NCBI GenBank assembly: GCA_017554325.1
Contig: JAFZIP010000010.1
Coordinates: forward strand, 69,760 to 133,759
DNA from: Bacteroidales bacterium
GTDB taxonomy: Bacteria; Bacteroidota; Bacteroidia; Bacteroidales; WCHB1-69
Direction: 5' to 3'
DNA: 64,000 nucleotides
Shown: positions 28,968 through 38,295 of the stretch, in pieces
Layout of the letters: each line of letters starts with the position of its first letter
Numbering within the stretch: position 1 is the first letter of the stretch
Program-made: the position numbers and the translations under genes
Notes under the pieces: generated by a model
The model's input: only the letters and a program-made list of their open reading frames with translations
What the model was told of the DNA's origin: nothing
The model's database searches: none

Positions 28968-30098
28968 TTAGATAAGCGTGATCAATGCGGGATATGATTT
29001 CCGCAGGCACGTTATGTTATCCAGTTGGGCTTCTTTCCCAAAAAGCAAAAACGCCATGGCAAGGCGATGGTCGTTCATTGTATGAAAACGATATGGTGGC
29101 TGTGACCAGAATATTTTTGATTTTCCCTTTATTCTCAGTATATCTTCCTGCAAATCCATAATTTCAGCAAACGGTGCAAGCTGTTCGGCGAGTTGTTCGG
29201 CTCTGTCGGATTCCTTGTAGCGCAGGTTTCGGATATGCAGAAATGTGAAATCCGCGGGCAGCCGGCAGGCCAATGCAGCCAATACGGGAACCAAATCGGG
29301 ATGATCGGCCACATCAAAGGTCATTGGCGGAAGTTCGGGCTTGCCATTGGCCCATACACGGACACCTTGCGTTGTAGCTGTTGACTGCACGCCCATGCGG
29401 GCAAACCATTCCGCCAGCACTGCATCGCCTTGCAAAGAGGGCAAGGACAATGCACAAAGTTCGTACTCCTCGCCAGGATGCAGTAATGACTGGGCATACC
29501 AAAATGCTGCTGCACTCCAATCGCCGGGCAGCCGGTCAATTTCCGATGGAGGCTCCACGCCAGGCACATCCACCTGCTCATGCAGGCACGCGAGTGTCAT
29601 GCGCACATACGAGAGCGAGCCGGCATTCGCTGGAACGATGTTCAACTTCTTAAGTCCAAGTTTCGATGAGATGAGCAGCAACGCGGAGGCGAACTGGCTG
29701 CTGCGGGAGCAATTGATGGTCAGCATCTCCGCCTGCAAGGGTTTCCCTTCAACGAGCCAGCCATCGGACACTCGTCGGATGTTTGCGCCGATACCCGAGA
29801 GCACCTCCACCAGTTCCTCCATGGGCCGCTCCAGCAGCCGAGGGGTTCCGGTCAGCAGCCAGCGGCCAGGCGTAACCGCCAGCAGGGCCATCATGAAGCG
29901 ATATGCCGCCCCGCAATCGGCCACATCCACTGTGTCGCCCTCCGAAGCCTGGACTGTCATCAGCGCTCTGTGTGTCACCTGCACATCGGAGCACTCGTCG
30001 GGCGACACCGCCATCACCTCACCCGTTTCGACATAATGCAGCATCAACTTACGGATCAGCAGGCTCTTGCAGTGGGGTAAGATTATGGATTTCTTCAT
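28968..30098 (-). CDS. aroA: 3-phosphoshikimate 1-carboxyvinyltransferase (divergent EPSP synthase)
   Basis: 376 aa counted from MKKSIILPHCKSLLIR. Blocks LLERPMEELVEVLSGIGANI, SSQFASALLL, RYKESDRAEQL and NDHRLAMAF match the EPSPS fold. The exact start is uncertain. Confidence 0.65.
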   Translation of the reverse strand: MKKSIILPHCKSLLIRKLMLHYVETGEVMAVSPDECSDVQVTHRALMTVQASEGDTVDVADCGAAYRFMMALLAVTPGRWLLTGTPRLLERPMEELVEVLSGIGANIRRVSDGWLVEGKPLQAEMLTINCSRSSQFASALLLISSKLGLKKLNIVPANAGSLSYVRMTLACLHEQVDVPGVEPPSEIDRLPGDWSAAAFWYAQSLLHPGEEYELCALSLPSLQGDAVLAEWFARMGVQSTATTQGVRVWANGKPELPPMTFDVADHPDLVPVLAALACRLPADFTFLHIRNLRYKESDRAEQLAEQLAPFAEIMDLQEDILRIKGKSKIFWSQPPYRFHTMNDHRLAMAFLLFGKEAQLDNITCLRKSYPALITLI

Positions 30099-30102
30099 GC
30101 AG

Positions 30103-30110
30103 CAAAAATA
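30103..30110 (-). promoter_or_regulatory. -7 box TATTTTTG only 5 nt from the aroA ATG (leaderless candidate)
   Basis: Plus strand reads caaaaata at 30103-30110. The annotated ATG ends at 30098. Confidence 0.4.
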
Positions 30111-30140
30111 CAAAATTATCAATACCCATTCTTGTTCCCC

Positions 30141-30186
30141 GTCTCCTAATCTTAACATCATTCTATAAACTATAAACTCTAAACTC
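30141..30186. repeat. 7-nt-period tandem array (minus strand reads GAGTTTAGAGTTTATAGTTTATAG)
   Basis: Read directly. It lies between the divergent aroA and rhomboid promoters. Confidence 0.65.
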
Positions 30187-30195
30187 ATTTTTTTG

Positions 30196-30203
30196 TATCT
30201 TTG
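30196..30203 (+). promoter_or_regulatory. -7 box TATCTTTG upstream of the rhomboid gene
   Basis: tttgTATCTTTGcac, 27 nt before the ATG at 30230. Confidence 0.45.
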
Positions 30204-30229
30204 CACTCCTAAAACTGAAACCATCACCT

Positions 30230-31270
30230 ATGGATAATCAAATCAGGATGGGCGGTTTCAGAATACTCCCTCCCGGGGTCAAGAACCTGCTCATCATCAA
30301 CGTATTGGTCTTTCTGGCCACCCTAGTTTTCGCCAAAAACGGCAACCACGACCTCACCAGATGGCTCGGTTTGCACTACATGGCAGCGCCCGATTTCCGT
30401 GTCTGGCAGTTTGTCACGTACATGTTCATGCACGCCAATTTCAGTCATCTCTTCTTCAACATGTTCGCGTTGTGGATGTTCGGTGCGGCTGTGGAAAACA
30501 CCTGGGGCACCAAGCGGTTCCTCATCTACTACTTCATCACAGGACTGGGCGCAGCACTGGTACATTATATCGTCATCTTCTTCCAGATTCACCCTATGAT
30601 GGCGTTGCTCAATCAATTCCTGAACGATCCCTCCCTAGAAACCTATCGTTATCTAGCCGAAAATGCCAAAGACATCCGGTTCCATGACATGCTCAGCAAC
30701 AACCTGTTGGTACTGCAACAGAATCCAGGGGCTCTGGACGAGATCATCACCATTACCGCTGATGCCAGGGACACGTATTTGAACAGCTTCAACATCATCG
30801 GTGCTTCTGGCGCAGTGTATGGCGTATTGCTGGCCTTCGGCATGCTGTATCCCAACGATTACATCTACATCTACTTCCTGCTGCCCATCAAGGCAAAATG
30901 GTTTGTAATCATCTATGGTGCCATAGAATTGATAACCGGACTTGGCACCTCCGATGGTGTCGCCCATTTCGCACACCTGGGCGGCATGATTTTCGGCTTT
31001 TTCGTCATCCTGCTGTGGAGACGCAACGAGCGCAACCGCAACGGCTGGATCATGCCCGAGAAAGAAAAGACCTTCAGGCTACGGCGCAAGAGAAACAAAT
31101 ACTACGTCTCCCCCGAAAGCGGACGACCGCTCAACGACGAGGAATACAATGCCCGTCGCGCAGAAGAGAAACAAAAGACCGACAACATTTTGGAGAAGAT
31201 CTCCCAAAACGGTTACGAATCTCTGTCCAAGGAAGAGAAGGATTTCCTGTTCAAGCAATCCCAGAAATAA
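30230..31270 (+). CDS. Rhomboid family intramembrane serine protease with a charged C-terminal tail
   Basis: Catalytic GASGAVYGVL and HLGGMIFG motifs, multiple TM helices, and a K/E-rich tail of about 90 aa. Confidence 0.85.
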   Translation: MDNQIRMGGFRILPPGVKNLLIINVLVFLATLVFAKNGNHDLTRWLGLHYMAAPDFRVWQFVTYMFMHANFSHLFFNMFALWMFGAAVENTWGTKRFLIYYFITGLGAALVHYIVIFFQIHPMMALLNQFLNDPSLETYRYLAENAKDIRFHDMLSNNLLVLQQNPGALDEIITITADARDTYLNSFNIIGASGAVYGVLLAFGMLYPNDYIYIYFLLPIKAKWFVIIYGAIELITGLGTSDGVAHFAHLGGMIFGFFVILLWRRNERNRNGWIMPEKEKTFRLRRKRNKYYVSPESGRPLNDEEYNARRAEEKQKTDNILEKISQNGYESLSKEEKDFLFKQSQK

Positions 31271-31271
31271 T

Positions 31272-32426
31272 ATGGCGACGAAGAAAAAATCGGCAATATT
31301 CAAAACATTGGGCAAAGGGACGCTCCTCGTGCTGACTGTCATAGCCGCCGGAGCGCTGTTTCTCTCCTACATGGCCAAGATTATCCTGCCGTCCATTTCG
31401 ACCGTTATCGCCTACTGCGGCCTGCTGTTCCCCTACATCCTGATGGTGAATTTGGGCATGGTTCTTATCTGGCTGTTTCTGGACTACCGCTGGGCACTGC
31501 TACCCACACTGATGATCCTGCTGAATGTCAACAACATTGACAAACACTTTCAGCTCCGCGCGCAAGAAAAACCTGAGACATGCGCCAACTGCATCAAAGT
31601 GATGAGCTACAACGCCCGCATGTTCAACATGTACGAGGACAACCGCAACGAGCTGAACAAGAAGGTTACCGATTTTCTCAAAAAAGAGGCCCCCGACATC
31701 CTTTGCGTACAGGAGTACTTTTACGACAGTTCCGGCAAACTGGGGTATAACACCACCGAAGAGATCCTCAAAGCATTGAACCTGCCCGACAACAACAAAA
31801 CGCATCGGCTCTATCTGCCACTTGGCAAGGTTCACGGTTACCAATACGGGTTGGCCATCTTCAGCAAATACCGCATCATCAACACAGGCGTGGTGGAGAC
31901 CAACGACAGCTCCGCCAACAAGTCGATGTACGTGGACATCCGCTACAACGGTGACACGTTGCGCATCTATAACGTGCACCTCAGCTCCATGAAGTTAGGC
32001 AGCGAGGATTATGAGACGGGCAACGCTGTACTTCACAGCAACATGGAAGATCCAGACTTGGACAAAAAAGCACGCAAGCTCTACTACAAGATTGCCGATG
32101 CCTTCGAGCAACGACAGCATCAGGCCAAGTGTGTGCGCGCCGACATGGATTCCTGCGCATACCCCATCATCGTGTGCGGAGACTTCAACGACTCGCCAGC
32201 CTCATTCAGCTACCATAAGATTGCACATGGCTTAAAGGACTCCTTCCGCAGCAGCGGCAAGGGCACCGGCACCACCTACGCCGGAGAAGTGTTCCCCGCC
32301 TACCGCATCGACTACATCCTGCACGACAAACAATACAATGATTTCGGCCATACCGTGTGCACTGGCCTCACCACATCAGACCATTATCCGATTTATACCT
32401 ATATTTCGATTATCAACAAGAAATAG
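31272..32426 (+). CDS. Endonuclease/exonuclease/phosphatase (EEP) family membrane protein
   Basis: N-terminal TM helices, then the EEP blocks LCVQEY, YNVHL, VCGDFND and SDHYPI. Confidence 0.8.
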   Translation: MATKKKSAIFKTLGKGTLLVLTVIAAGALFLSYMAKIILPSISTVIAYCGLLFPYILMVNLGMVLIWLFLDYRWALLPTLMILLNVNNIDKHFQLRAQEKPETCANCIKVMSYNARMFNMYEDNRNELNKKVTDFLKKEAPDILCVQEYFYDSSGKLGYNTTEEILKALNLPDNNKTHRLYLPLGKVHGYQYGLAIFSKYRIINTGVVETNDSSANKSMYVDIRYNGDTLRIYNVHLSSMKLGSEDYETGNAVLHSNMEDPDLDKKARKLYYKIADAFEQRQHQAKCVRADMDSCAYPIIVCGDFNDSPASFSYHKIAHGLKDSFRSSGKGTGTTYAGEVFPAYRIDYILHDKQYNDFGHTVCTGLTTSDHYPIYTYISIINKK

Positions 32427-32468
32427 ATAAGAGATTAGTGTAGGAGACGCGGCATGCCGCGTCTCCTA
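32424..32468. repeat. Heptamer remnant (agataagagattagtg) fused to the REP-like palindrome TAGGAGACGCGGCATGCCGCGTCTCCTA
   Basis: Perfect 28-nt palindrome at 32441-32468, 15 nt after the EEP gene stop. Confidence 0.75.
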
Positions 32469-32486
32469 TATAAAAAACAAAACAAT

Positions 32487-33581
32487 ATGAAAAAAGCAAT
32501 TGTTCTGACATTTTGCCTAATCTGCTTAATCGGTTTGCAAAGTTGCCATAAAAAAGGGCAAGACACGCAGACGGTCGAGCCAGTGTCTTTGAATGAGCAA
32601 ACCGTAACCGCTTTTGCACGTGGCATTGCAGAAAAAATCGTCCATGAGCAGCCCGACGCCTTGAGCAACGCCTTTGACGAGGAGCATATCCGCCAATTAG
32701 TATCCGAGAACTCCATTGTCTATAGCGGCTTCGATGTGGAAGGCGGCAAGGAGTATTTTGAGAACTGTCTCCATCTGGGCGACCAAGCTGTGAAAGCCGT
32801 GAGCAACGGCGGCGATTTTGCTTTTGTGAAATATTATGTGGCTAATGATGAGCACCATATCGTTTTCCGCACCTACGATGATTTCAACCTCAATTTCATG
32901 GATTTCACCGTGGACACCGTGCAGGGTGTGCTGAAAATCAAGGACGGATTCATCTACAACCTGGGATGTCTGCTGTCGAAAAGTATTGAATACAGCATGT
33001 TGTTCAATCTCATGCTGCAAACCAATCCCAACGACGATGCACAGTGGTTGCATACAGCCCAAGAGCACACCTTAAATGGCCAAGCTTCCAAGGCATTGCA
33101 GATCTTGACAGAACACCACGACGGGATAAAAGAGTATCCTCTGTACTATCAACTGTTTATTGCCAATCTGTATCATTCCAATCCCAAGAATTTCATTACC
33201 CAGTTAGACAAGCTGAAAGAGGAAATTGACGGGCGCTATTTGCAGCTCCACAAACTGCTGTACTATGTCAACGAAGGCAAAATAGCGGAAACCGAAGCCA
33301 CCATCAACGAACTGATTCCGCAGACGGGCGACGACCCTATCTATTTGCTTTTTTATGCAAAATCGTGTCTTCTCGCCAAAGACTACCAGCGTGCACTTGA
33401 CTGCCTCACCACAGCGGAGAGCGCCCTGCCATTGTTGTGGGATCTGTGGTACAGCGAACTGCAATGCTACAAAGGTTTGAAAGACAAAGAAGGATTCGAC
33501 CAGTGTCTCCAACGCGGCAAGGATGCTTACGGCATAAGCGATGAAGAGCTGAACGGGATCCGCAAAAAGCTTTTAGGTTAG
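32487..33581 (+). CDS. Hypothetical lipoprotein (helical/TPR-like C-terminal half)
   Basis: Lipobox LIGLQSC after MKKAIVLTF. I recognise no catalytic motif. Confidence 0.5.
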   Translation: MKKAIVLTFCLICLIGLQSCHKKGQDTQTVEPVSLNEQTVTAFARGIAEKIVHEQPDALSNAFDEEHIRQLVSENSIVYSGFDVEGGKEYFENCLHLGDQAVKAVSNGGDFAFVKYYVANDEHHIVFRTYDDFNLNFMDFTVDTVQGVLKIKDGFIYNLGCLLSKSIEYSMLFNLMLQTNPNDDAQWLHTAQEHTLNGQASKALQILTEHHDGIKEYPLYYQLFIANLYHSNPKNFITQLDKLKEEIDGRYLQLHKLLYYVNEGKIAETEATINELIPQTGDDPIYLLFYAKSCLLAKDYQRALDCLTTAESALPLLWDLWYSELQCYKGLKDKEGFDQCLQRGKDAYGISDEELNGIRKKLLG

Positions 33582-34651
33582 TAATGTGTGATTAATTCCA
33601 GAATTATCCTGTCCTCCCCGTTTTCCACACCACGGCGGAAGAAGTTCTTCTCATAGTTTAGCCTTATGCCCGCACGCACAGGTTTCTCGACAAACATCAG
33701 CGTCAGGCCGGCCGTGATGCGCTGGCGGAAGGGTTCCACGACATACTTCATTTCTTCATTCAACTTGCCGTTGCAATTGGGTGTGATGGCATCATAGCGG
33801 GCTGCCAAATCCACATGTTGCAACCAGCATTTCCCCACATTGAACTTATAATATGCAAAGCCGTAGAAGGCGTGGGTGGGATGAAATGCATGCTGTGCAT
33901 ACCATTTATATATATACTCCGTTTCCAAATGCAGGTTGGCAATATCGTACGCCATGCCCGCGCCGAAGTTGTGCATACGCAGTTCCTCCGGGCGCACCGC
34001 CGCGTAGTTCAAGGTCAGATTGAAACCTTTGAAGAAACCAAACGAGCCACGCGCCACATAGTTAAGCTCTTTTTGAAACTGCATCTGCTTGCTAAAGCCC
34101 CGGCTATTAAAAACACCCACTTTGATTTCAAAGGGCACCACTTTGTCCCATTTGTAAGCCACCACGCCCCCCACATCGCTCCACGCGGTGATCTTCTGGG
34201 TGAGAAATGACTTGTCCGAAAAATAGTATTGATATGGGGAAAGAAGATTCTCGGAGCTGAACGGCATCTTGTCGTATCCAATGAGGAACGAGAGGCCCTT
34301 CACGGGCTTGAACTGCGCAAAGATGGCCACGGGCGAAAACTGGCCTCCGTAGGTCAGATCCACCAGGGCCATGTAGGAAAACATGGGATGCACCGAACCG
34401 CTGACTCCGATTCGGGTGTGTCGAAGCTCAAAGTGATGGGCATTCAGATTGGTATTGTACTCATAGCGGCCCAAAATGGTTGCTGTGAACTTCGGAATGT
34501 AGTCCTTTTTCGTGAATTTGTATCTACCGGCAGCCATAGTGTCACACTTGGAGGTAACAGTGTCCTGTGCCTGCGCAACGGTAATCACACAAAAAACAAA
34601 TAACAATAGCAAAAGAGAATGTTTCAGCAAGCGTCTAAAATTCCTACCCAT
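33578..34651 (-). CDS. Putative outer-membrane porin (OprO/P-like or uncharacterised barrel)
   Basis: Signal peptide ends VAQA|QDT, followed by beta-strand periodicity. The protein ends ...LELITHY. Confidence 0.5.
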   Translation of the reverse strand: MGRNFRRLLKHSLLLLLFVFCVITVAQAQDTVTSKCDTMAAGRYKFTKKDYIPKFTATILGRYEYNTNLNAHHFELRHTRIGVSGSVHPMFSYMALVDLTYGGQFSPVAIFAQFKPVKGLSFLIGYDKMPFSSENLLSPYQYYFSDKSFLTQKITAWSDVGGVVAYKWDKVVPFEIKVGVFNSRGFSKQMQFQKELNYVARGSFGFFKGFNLTLNYAAVRPEELRMHNFGAGMAYDIANLHLETEYIYKWYAQHAFHPTHAFYGFAYYKFNVGKCWLQHVDLAARYDAITPNCNGKLNEEMKYVVEPFRQRITAGLTLMFVEKPVRAGIRLNYEKNFFRRGVENGEDRIILELITHY

Positions 34652-34657
34652 GATATT

Positions 34658-35245
34658 TTAATGAAGAATAGCAGCAAAAGTTTGGAGAATCAGTTTGATA
34701 TCGCCCCAGAAGGATTGATTATCGATATATTGCAGGTTGAGTTGCAGTTTCGCCGGCATCACCTCATCAATGTATGTCTGCTCGGGATTTTCGGAAGCGG
34801 CTAACAACTCGTTCTCATGCACATATTGGATGGAGGCCACATCGGTGAGGCCCGGGCGCACGCTCAGCACGCGCATCTGTTCGGGCGTGTACATATCCAC
34901 GTACTTGCGCACCTCAGGGCGAGGGCCCACGATGCTCATGTCACCCTTCAGCACATTGATCAACTGCGGAAACTCGTCCAGCTTGTATTTGCGCAGGAAG
35001 TAGCCTACGCGCGTGACACGGCTGTCGCGCTCGCCCACCGTCAGCAAGCCTTTCTTATCCGAATCCGGAAGCATAGTGCGGAACTTGTAAAGATAGAAAT
35101 CCTTATTGTCCTTCCCTACCCTGACCTGCCGATAGAACACGCCGCCTCGCGACTCGCACACAATCAGCAGGGCAATCACCAGCCATAGTGGGCATAGCAG
35201 AATCAAGACCAACAGAGAAGAAAAGATATCCAGAAGTCTTTTCAT
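34658..35245 (-). CDS. Undecaprenyl-phosphate sugar phosphotransferase (small bacterial sugar transferase, WbaP/WcaJ C-terminal type)
   Basis: KRLLDIFSSLLVLILLCPLWL, GKDNKDFYLYKFRTM, DEFPQLINVLKGDMSIVGPRP. Confidence 0.85.
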   Translation of the reverse strand: MKRLLDIFSSLLVLILLCPLWLVIALLIVCESRGGVFYRQVRVGKDNKDFYLYKFRTMLPDSDKKGLLTVGERDSRVTRVGYFLRKYKLDEFPQLINVLKGDMSIVGPRPEVRKYVDMYTPEQMRVLSVRPGLTDVASIQYVHENELLAASENPEQTYIDEVMPAKLQLNLQYIDNQSFWGDIKLILQTFAAILH

Positions 35246-35256
35246 AACAGATAAAA

Positions 35257-36720
35257 TCAGTGATAACGCCAGTTTCCGTTGATATCGCCGCCGTAATATT
35301 CTTCCGGTTCACCATTGTAGATGTCGGTCTGCGGCTGGATTTTCTGGACCAGTTTCATCTTCCAGTTGGTATCATGAGTTTCTCCATACTTGTTGGAATG
35401 CAGCAATTCATAATCATTGCCGACCATGGAGGGATCATAGAACACGAACTTCACATTCGACTGGTCGTCCAAATAGTAGTAGTGCCAGATTTCATACGGG
35501 GCCGTCGTTGGGTCAGAAGGAATCTCCTTGATCTCATTAGGTTGTCCGTATTGCAGATAGACGCGGCCACGGTCGGTGCGATAGCCCTTCACTTGTTTGC
35601 TGCCGAAGCGTTCCTGCACAAAGGAGACCATCTTGGCATATTTATTCCAAGCATCTTCGGGATTGTTGGGATTACGGGCAAGCCAGAAAGAATAGAAATA
35701 GCGTTGCAGCTGTTCTGTTTCCACCTCTTTCATCCTGTTGTCGAAGAACTCGCGTTCCACGTTGGTGGCAATAGGATACAGACAGCGAACATTCTCTTCC
35801 AGTACACGGCGGTCGGTCATGGAGGCCACAAACGAGTTGTCAATCACCACGTCATTGTAACGGGTGATATCCAACTGCACCGAGGGGTTGCTCCGCTGGA
35901 AGAAAACCTTGTTGATGAGCAACAAACTGTCGTGATCATCGTACAGTTCCACTACTGTATGGTAGTTGCCGGAGGGCAGCTTGAATACATTAAACTGGTC
36001 GATCACCAACACGACATCGTCGGTGGTCAGGTTTTTGGTGATGATATTGTTGGGCATGGCCACGAGTTTGTTCTCAGCATGTTCCACAAAGCATTTGGCC
36101 TTGAGGGGCACACCGGCGCCCAACACACGTTTGGTATTGTACACTTCCAGCGCGAAAGGCAGAATATACTGGCTTTCCGGAATGTAGTTGTAATAAGATG
36201 GCGGCAGATAGAAGCCGTACTTGATATACATGCCAGGTGCTTCGGGGGCTCTCATATCCTCAAACAGCGAAATGCGGGAGGAGGAAATCTTGTCTTCGGG
36301 AAAATTCAGAACAATGCGGTCTATGTATTTCAACTGCATGGAATCCTGATTCTTGTCGGTGAGATAGAAGTTCAAGAAAAAATCGCCGTTGGGCACGGGC
36401 AGATTCTGAATATCGGCAAAATCTGGCAGATTGCCGCCGGTGGTATCCGCAAACTCCTCGCTGGAAAGGATGTAATGAAGCGTCTTCACCACAGAGTCTC
36501 CCTTGGTCACATCCACGCGGACATCCACATCCGCCTCATATTTTCCGCGCTCGTTCTGCACATAGCGCACGGAATTGCCTCCTATAATGAAGGTGAATTC
36601 TATGTAGGGCTGCATCTTGTCGGTGCAGTAGGCCTTGTGACTGATGAATGCCTTCATGTTCTGGGCCGAACCGGTCAGGACCAAAAGACACGCGGCAAAA
36701 AAGATGGATATTTTTTTCAT
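35257..36720 (-). CDS. GWxTD domain-containing secreted protein
   Basis: Signal peptide ends GSA|QNM. C-terminal block KGYRTDRGRVYLQYGQPNEIKE...YEIWHY. Confidence 0.7.
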   Translation of the reverse strand: MKKISIFFAACLLVLTGSAQNMKAFISHKAYCTDKMQPYIEFTFIIGGNSVRYVQNERGKYEADVDVRVDVTKGDSVVKTLHYILSSEEFADTTGGNLPDFADIQNLPVPNGDFFLNFYLTDKNQDSMQLKYIDRIVLNFPEDKISSSRISLFEDMRAPEAPGMYIKYGFYLPPSYYNYIPESQYILPFALEVYNTKRVLGAGVPLKAKCFVEHAENKLVAMPNNIITKNLTTDDVVLVIDQFNVFKLPSGNYHTVVELYDDHDSLLLINKVFFQRSNPSVQLDITRYNDVVIDNSFVASMTDRRVLEENVRCLYPIATNVEREFFDNRMKEVETEQLQRYFYSFWLARNPNNPEDAWNKYAKMVSFVQERFGSKQVKGYRTDRGRVYLQYGQPNEIKEIPSDPTTAPYEIWHYYYLDDQSNVKFVFYDPSMVGNDYELLHSNKYGETHDTNWKMKLVQKIQPQTDIYNGEPEEYYGGDINGNWRYH

Positions 36721-36743
36721 AAACGAATATTTATATTGTTACC

Positions 36744-36771
36744 GTAGAGACGCATAATTATGCGTCTCTAC
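36744..36771. repeat. REP-like palindrome GTAGAGACGCATAATTATGCGTCTCTAC
   Basis: Perfect 28-nt palindrome 4 nt after the glyQS stop. Confidence 0.8.
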
Positions 36772-36774
36772 AAA

Positions 36775-38289
36775 TTACCGCAATCGTTTCATCAATTCCA
36801 CCGTCAAGTCGGCAATGGGCAGGCGATACTGTTGCATGGAATCACGTTCGCGTACGGTCACGGTGTTGTCCTCCTTCGTCTGGTTGTCAATGGTGATGCA
36901 GAACGGCGTGCCGATGGCGTCCTGACGACGGTAGCGGCGACCGATGGCATCCTTGTCCTCGTACTGCACCATGAAATCCTTCTTCAGCATGTCGAAGACC
37001 TCCTGGCCGATTTCCGGCAGGCCGTCTTTCTTCACCAACGGCAGAACAGCCACCTTGTTGGGAGCCAGCTTGGCAGGCAGTTTCAGCACCACGCGTGTGG
37101 AACCGTCTTCCAATGTTTCCTCCGTATAAGCGTTGCTGAACACAGCGAGGAACATACGGTCCACGCCGATGGAAGTCTCGATGACGTAAGGCACATAATT
37201 TTCGTTGAGTTCAGGATCGAAGTAGCGGAGCTTCTTGCCAGAGTATTGCTCATGTTGCGAAAGGTCGAAGTTGGTACGGGAGTGGATGCCTTCCAACTCC
37301 TTGAACCCGAACGGGAACTTGAACTCGATGTCGGTGGCAGCGTTGGCGTAGTGGGCCAGTTTCTCGTGATCGTGGAAACGGTAGTTCTCCGGAGCAATGC
37401 CCAGGTCGGTGTGCCACTGCAGACGGGTCTGTTTCCAGTAGTCGAACCACTTGAGCTCCTCGCCGGGTTTTACGAAGAACTGCATCTCCATCTGCTCGAA
37501 CTCGCGCATACGGAAGATAAACTGGCGGGCCACGATCTCATTACGGAAGGCCTTGCCGATTTGCGCGATGCCGAACGGCAGCTTCATTCTGCCGGTTTTG
37601 TAGATGTTCAAGAAGTTGACGAAAATACCCTGTGCCGTTTCGGGACGCAGGTAGATGGTGTCGGCGCCGTCGGACACGGAGCCCAGCTTGGTGGCGAACA
37701 TGAGGTTGAACTGGCGCACATCGGTCCAGTTGCGCGTGCCTGAGATGGGGCACACAATGCCAAGTTCTTCGATCAGGGCTTTCAGGCCTGCCAAGTCGTT
37801 GGCATTCATCATGGTTGCAAAACGCTCCGTGATGTCGTCAATCTGCTTCTGATATTGCAGCACACGACCGTTGGTTTCGCGGAACATCTTCTCGTCGAAG
37901 TTCTCAAAACGCTTGCGAGCCTTTTCCACTTCTTTGTTGATCTTATCCTCGATCTTCTGGATATGGTCCTCAATCAGAACATCGGCGCGATAGCGTTTCT
38001 TGGAATCCTTGTTGTCAATCAAAGGATCGTTGAACGCATCCACGTGGCCGGAAGCCTTCCAAATGGTGGGATGCATGAAGATGGCACTGTCAAGGCCCAC
38101 GATGTTGTCGTGATACTGCACCATGGCCTTCCACCAGTATTGTTTGATATTATTCTTCAGTTCCACGCCGTTTTGGCCGTAGTCATATACCGCACTCAAG
38201 CCGTCGTAAATCTCACTGGAGGGGAAAATGAAGCCATACTCCTTGGCATGGGCAATTATCTGTTTGAAAAGTTCTTCGTTGTTAGCCAT
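36775..38289 (-). CDS. glyQS: Glycine--tRNA ligase (homodimeric GlyQS type)
   Basis: 504 aa. YGFIFPSSEIYDGLSAVYDYGQNGVELKNN, class II motifs (FRNEI..R, GIHSRTNFDL), and a C-terminal anticodon-binding domain. Confidence 0.95.
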   Translation of the reverse strand: MANNEELFKQIIAHAKEYGFIFPSSEIYDGLSAVYDYGQNGVELKNNIKQYWWKAMVQYHDNIVGLDSAIFMHPTIWKASGHVDAFNDPLIDNKDSKKRYRADVLIEDHIQKIEDKINKEVEKARKRFENFDEKMFRETNGRVLQYQKQIDDITERFATMMNANDLAGLKALIEELGIVCPISGTRNWTDVRQFNLMFATKLGSVSDGADTIYLRPETAQGIFVNFLNIYKTGRMKLPFGIAQIGKAFRNEIVARQFIFRMREFEQMEMQFFVKPGEELKWFDYWKQTRLQWHTDLGIAPENYRFHDHEKLAHYANAATDIEFKFPFGFKELEGIHSRTNFDLSQHEQYSGKKLRYFDPELNENYVPYVIETSIGVDRMFLAVFSNAYTEETLEDGSTRVVLKLPAKLAPNKVAVLPLVKKDGLPEIGQEVFDMLKKDFMVQYEDKDAIGRRYRRQDAIGTPFCITIDNQTKEDNTVTVRERDSMQQYRLPIADLTVELMKRLR

Positions 38290-38295
38290 AATAAA

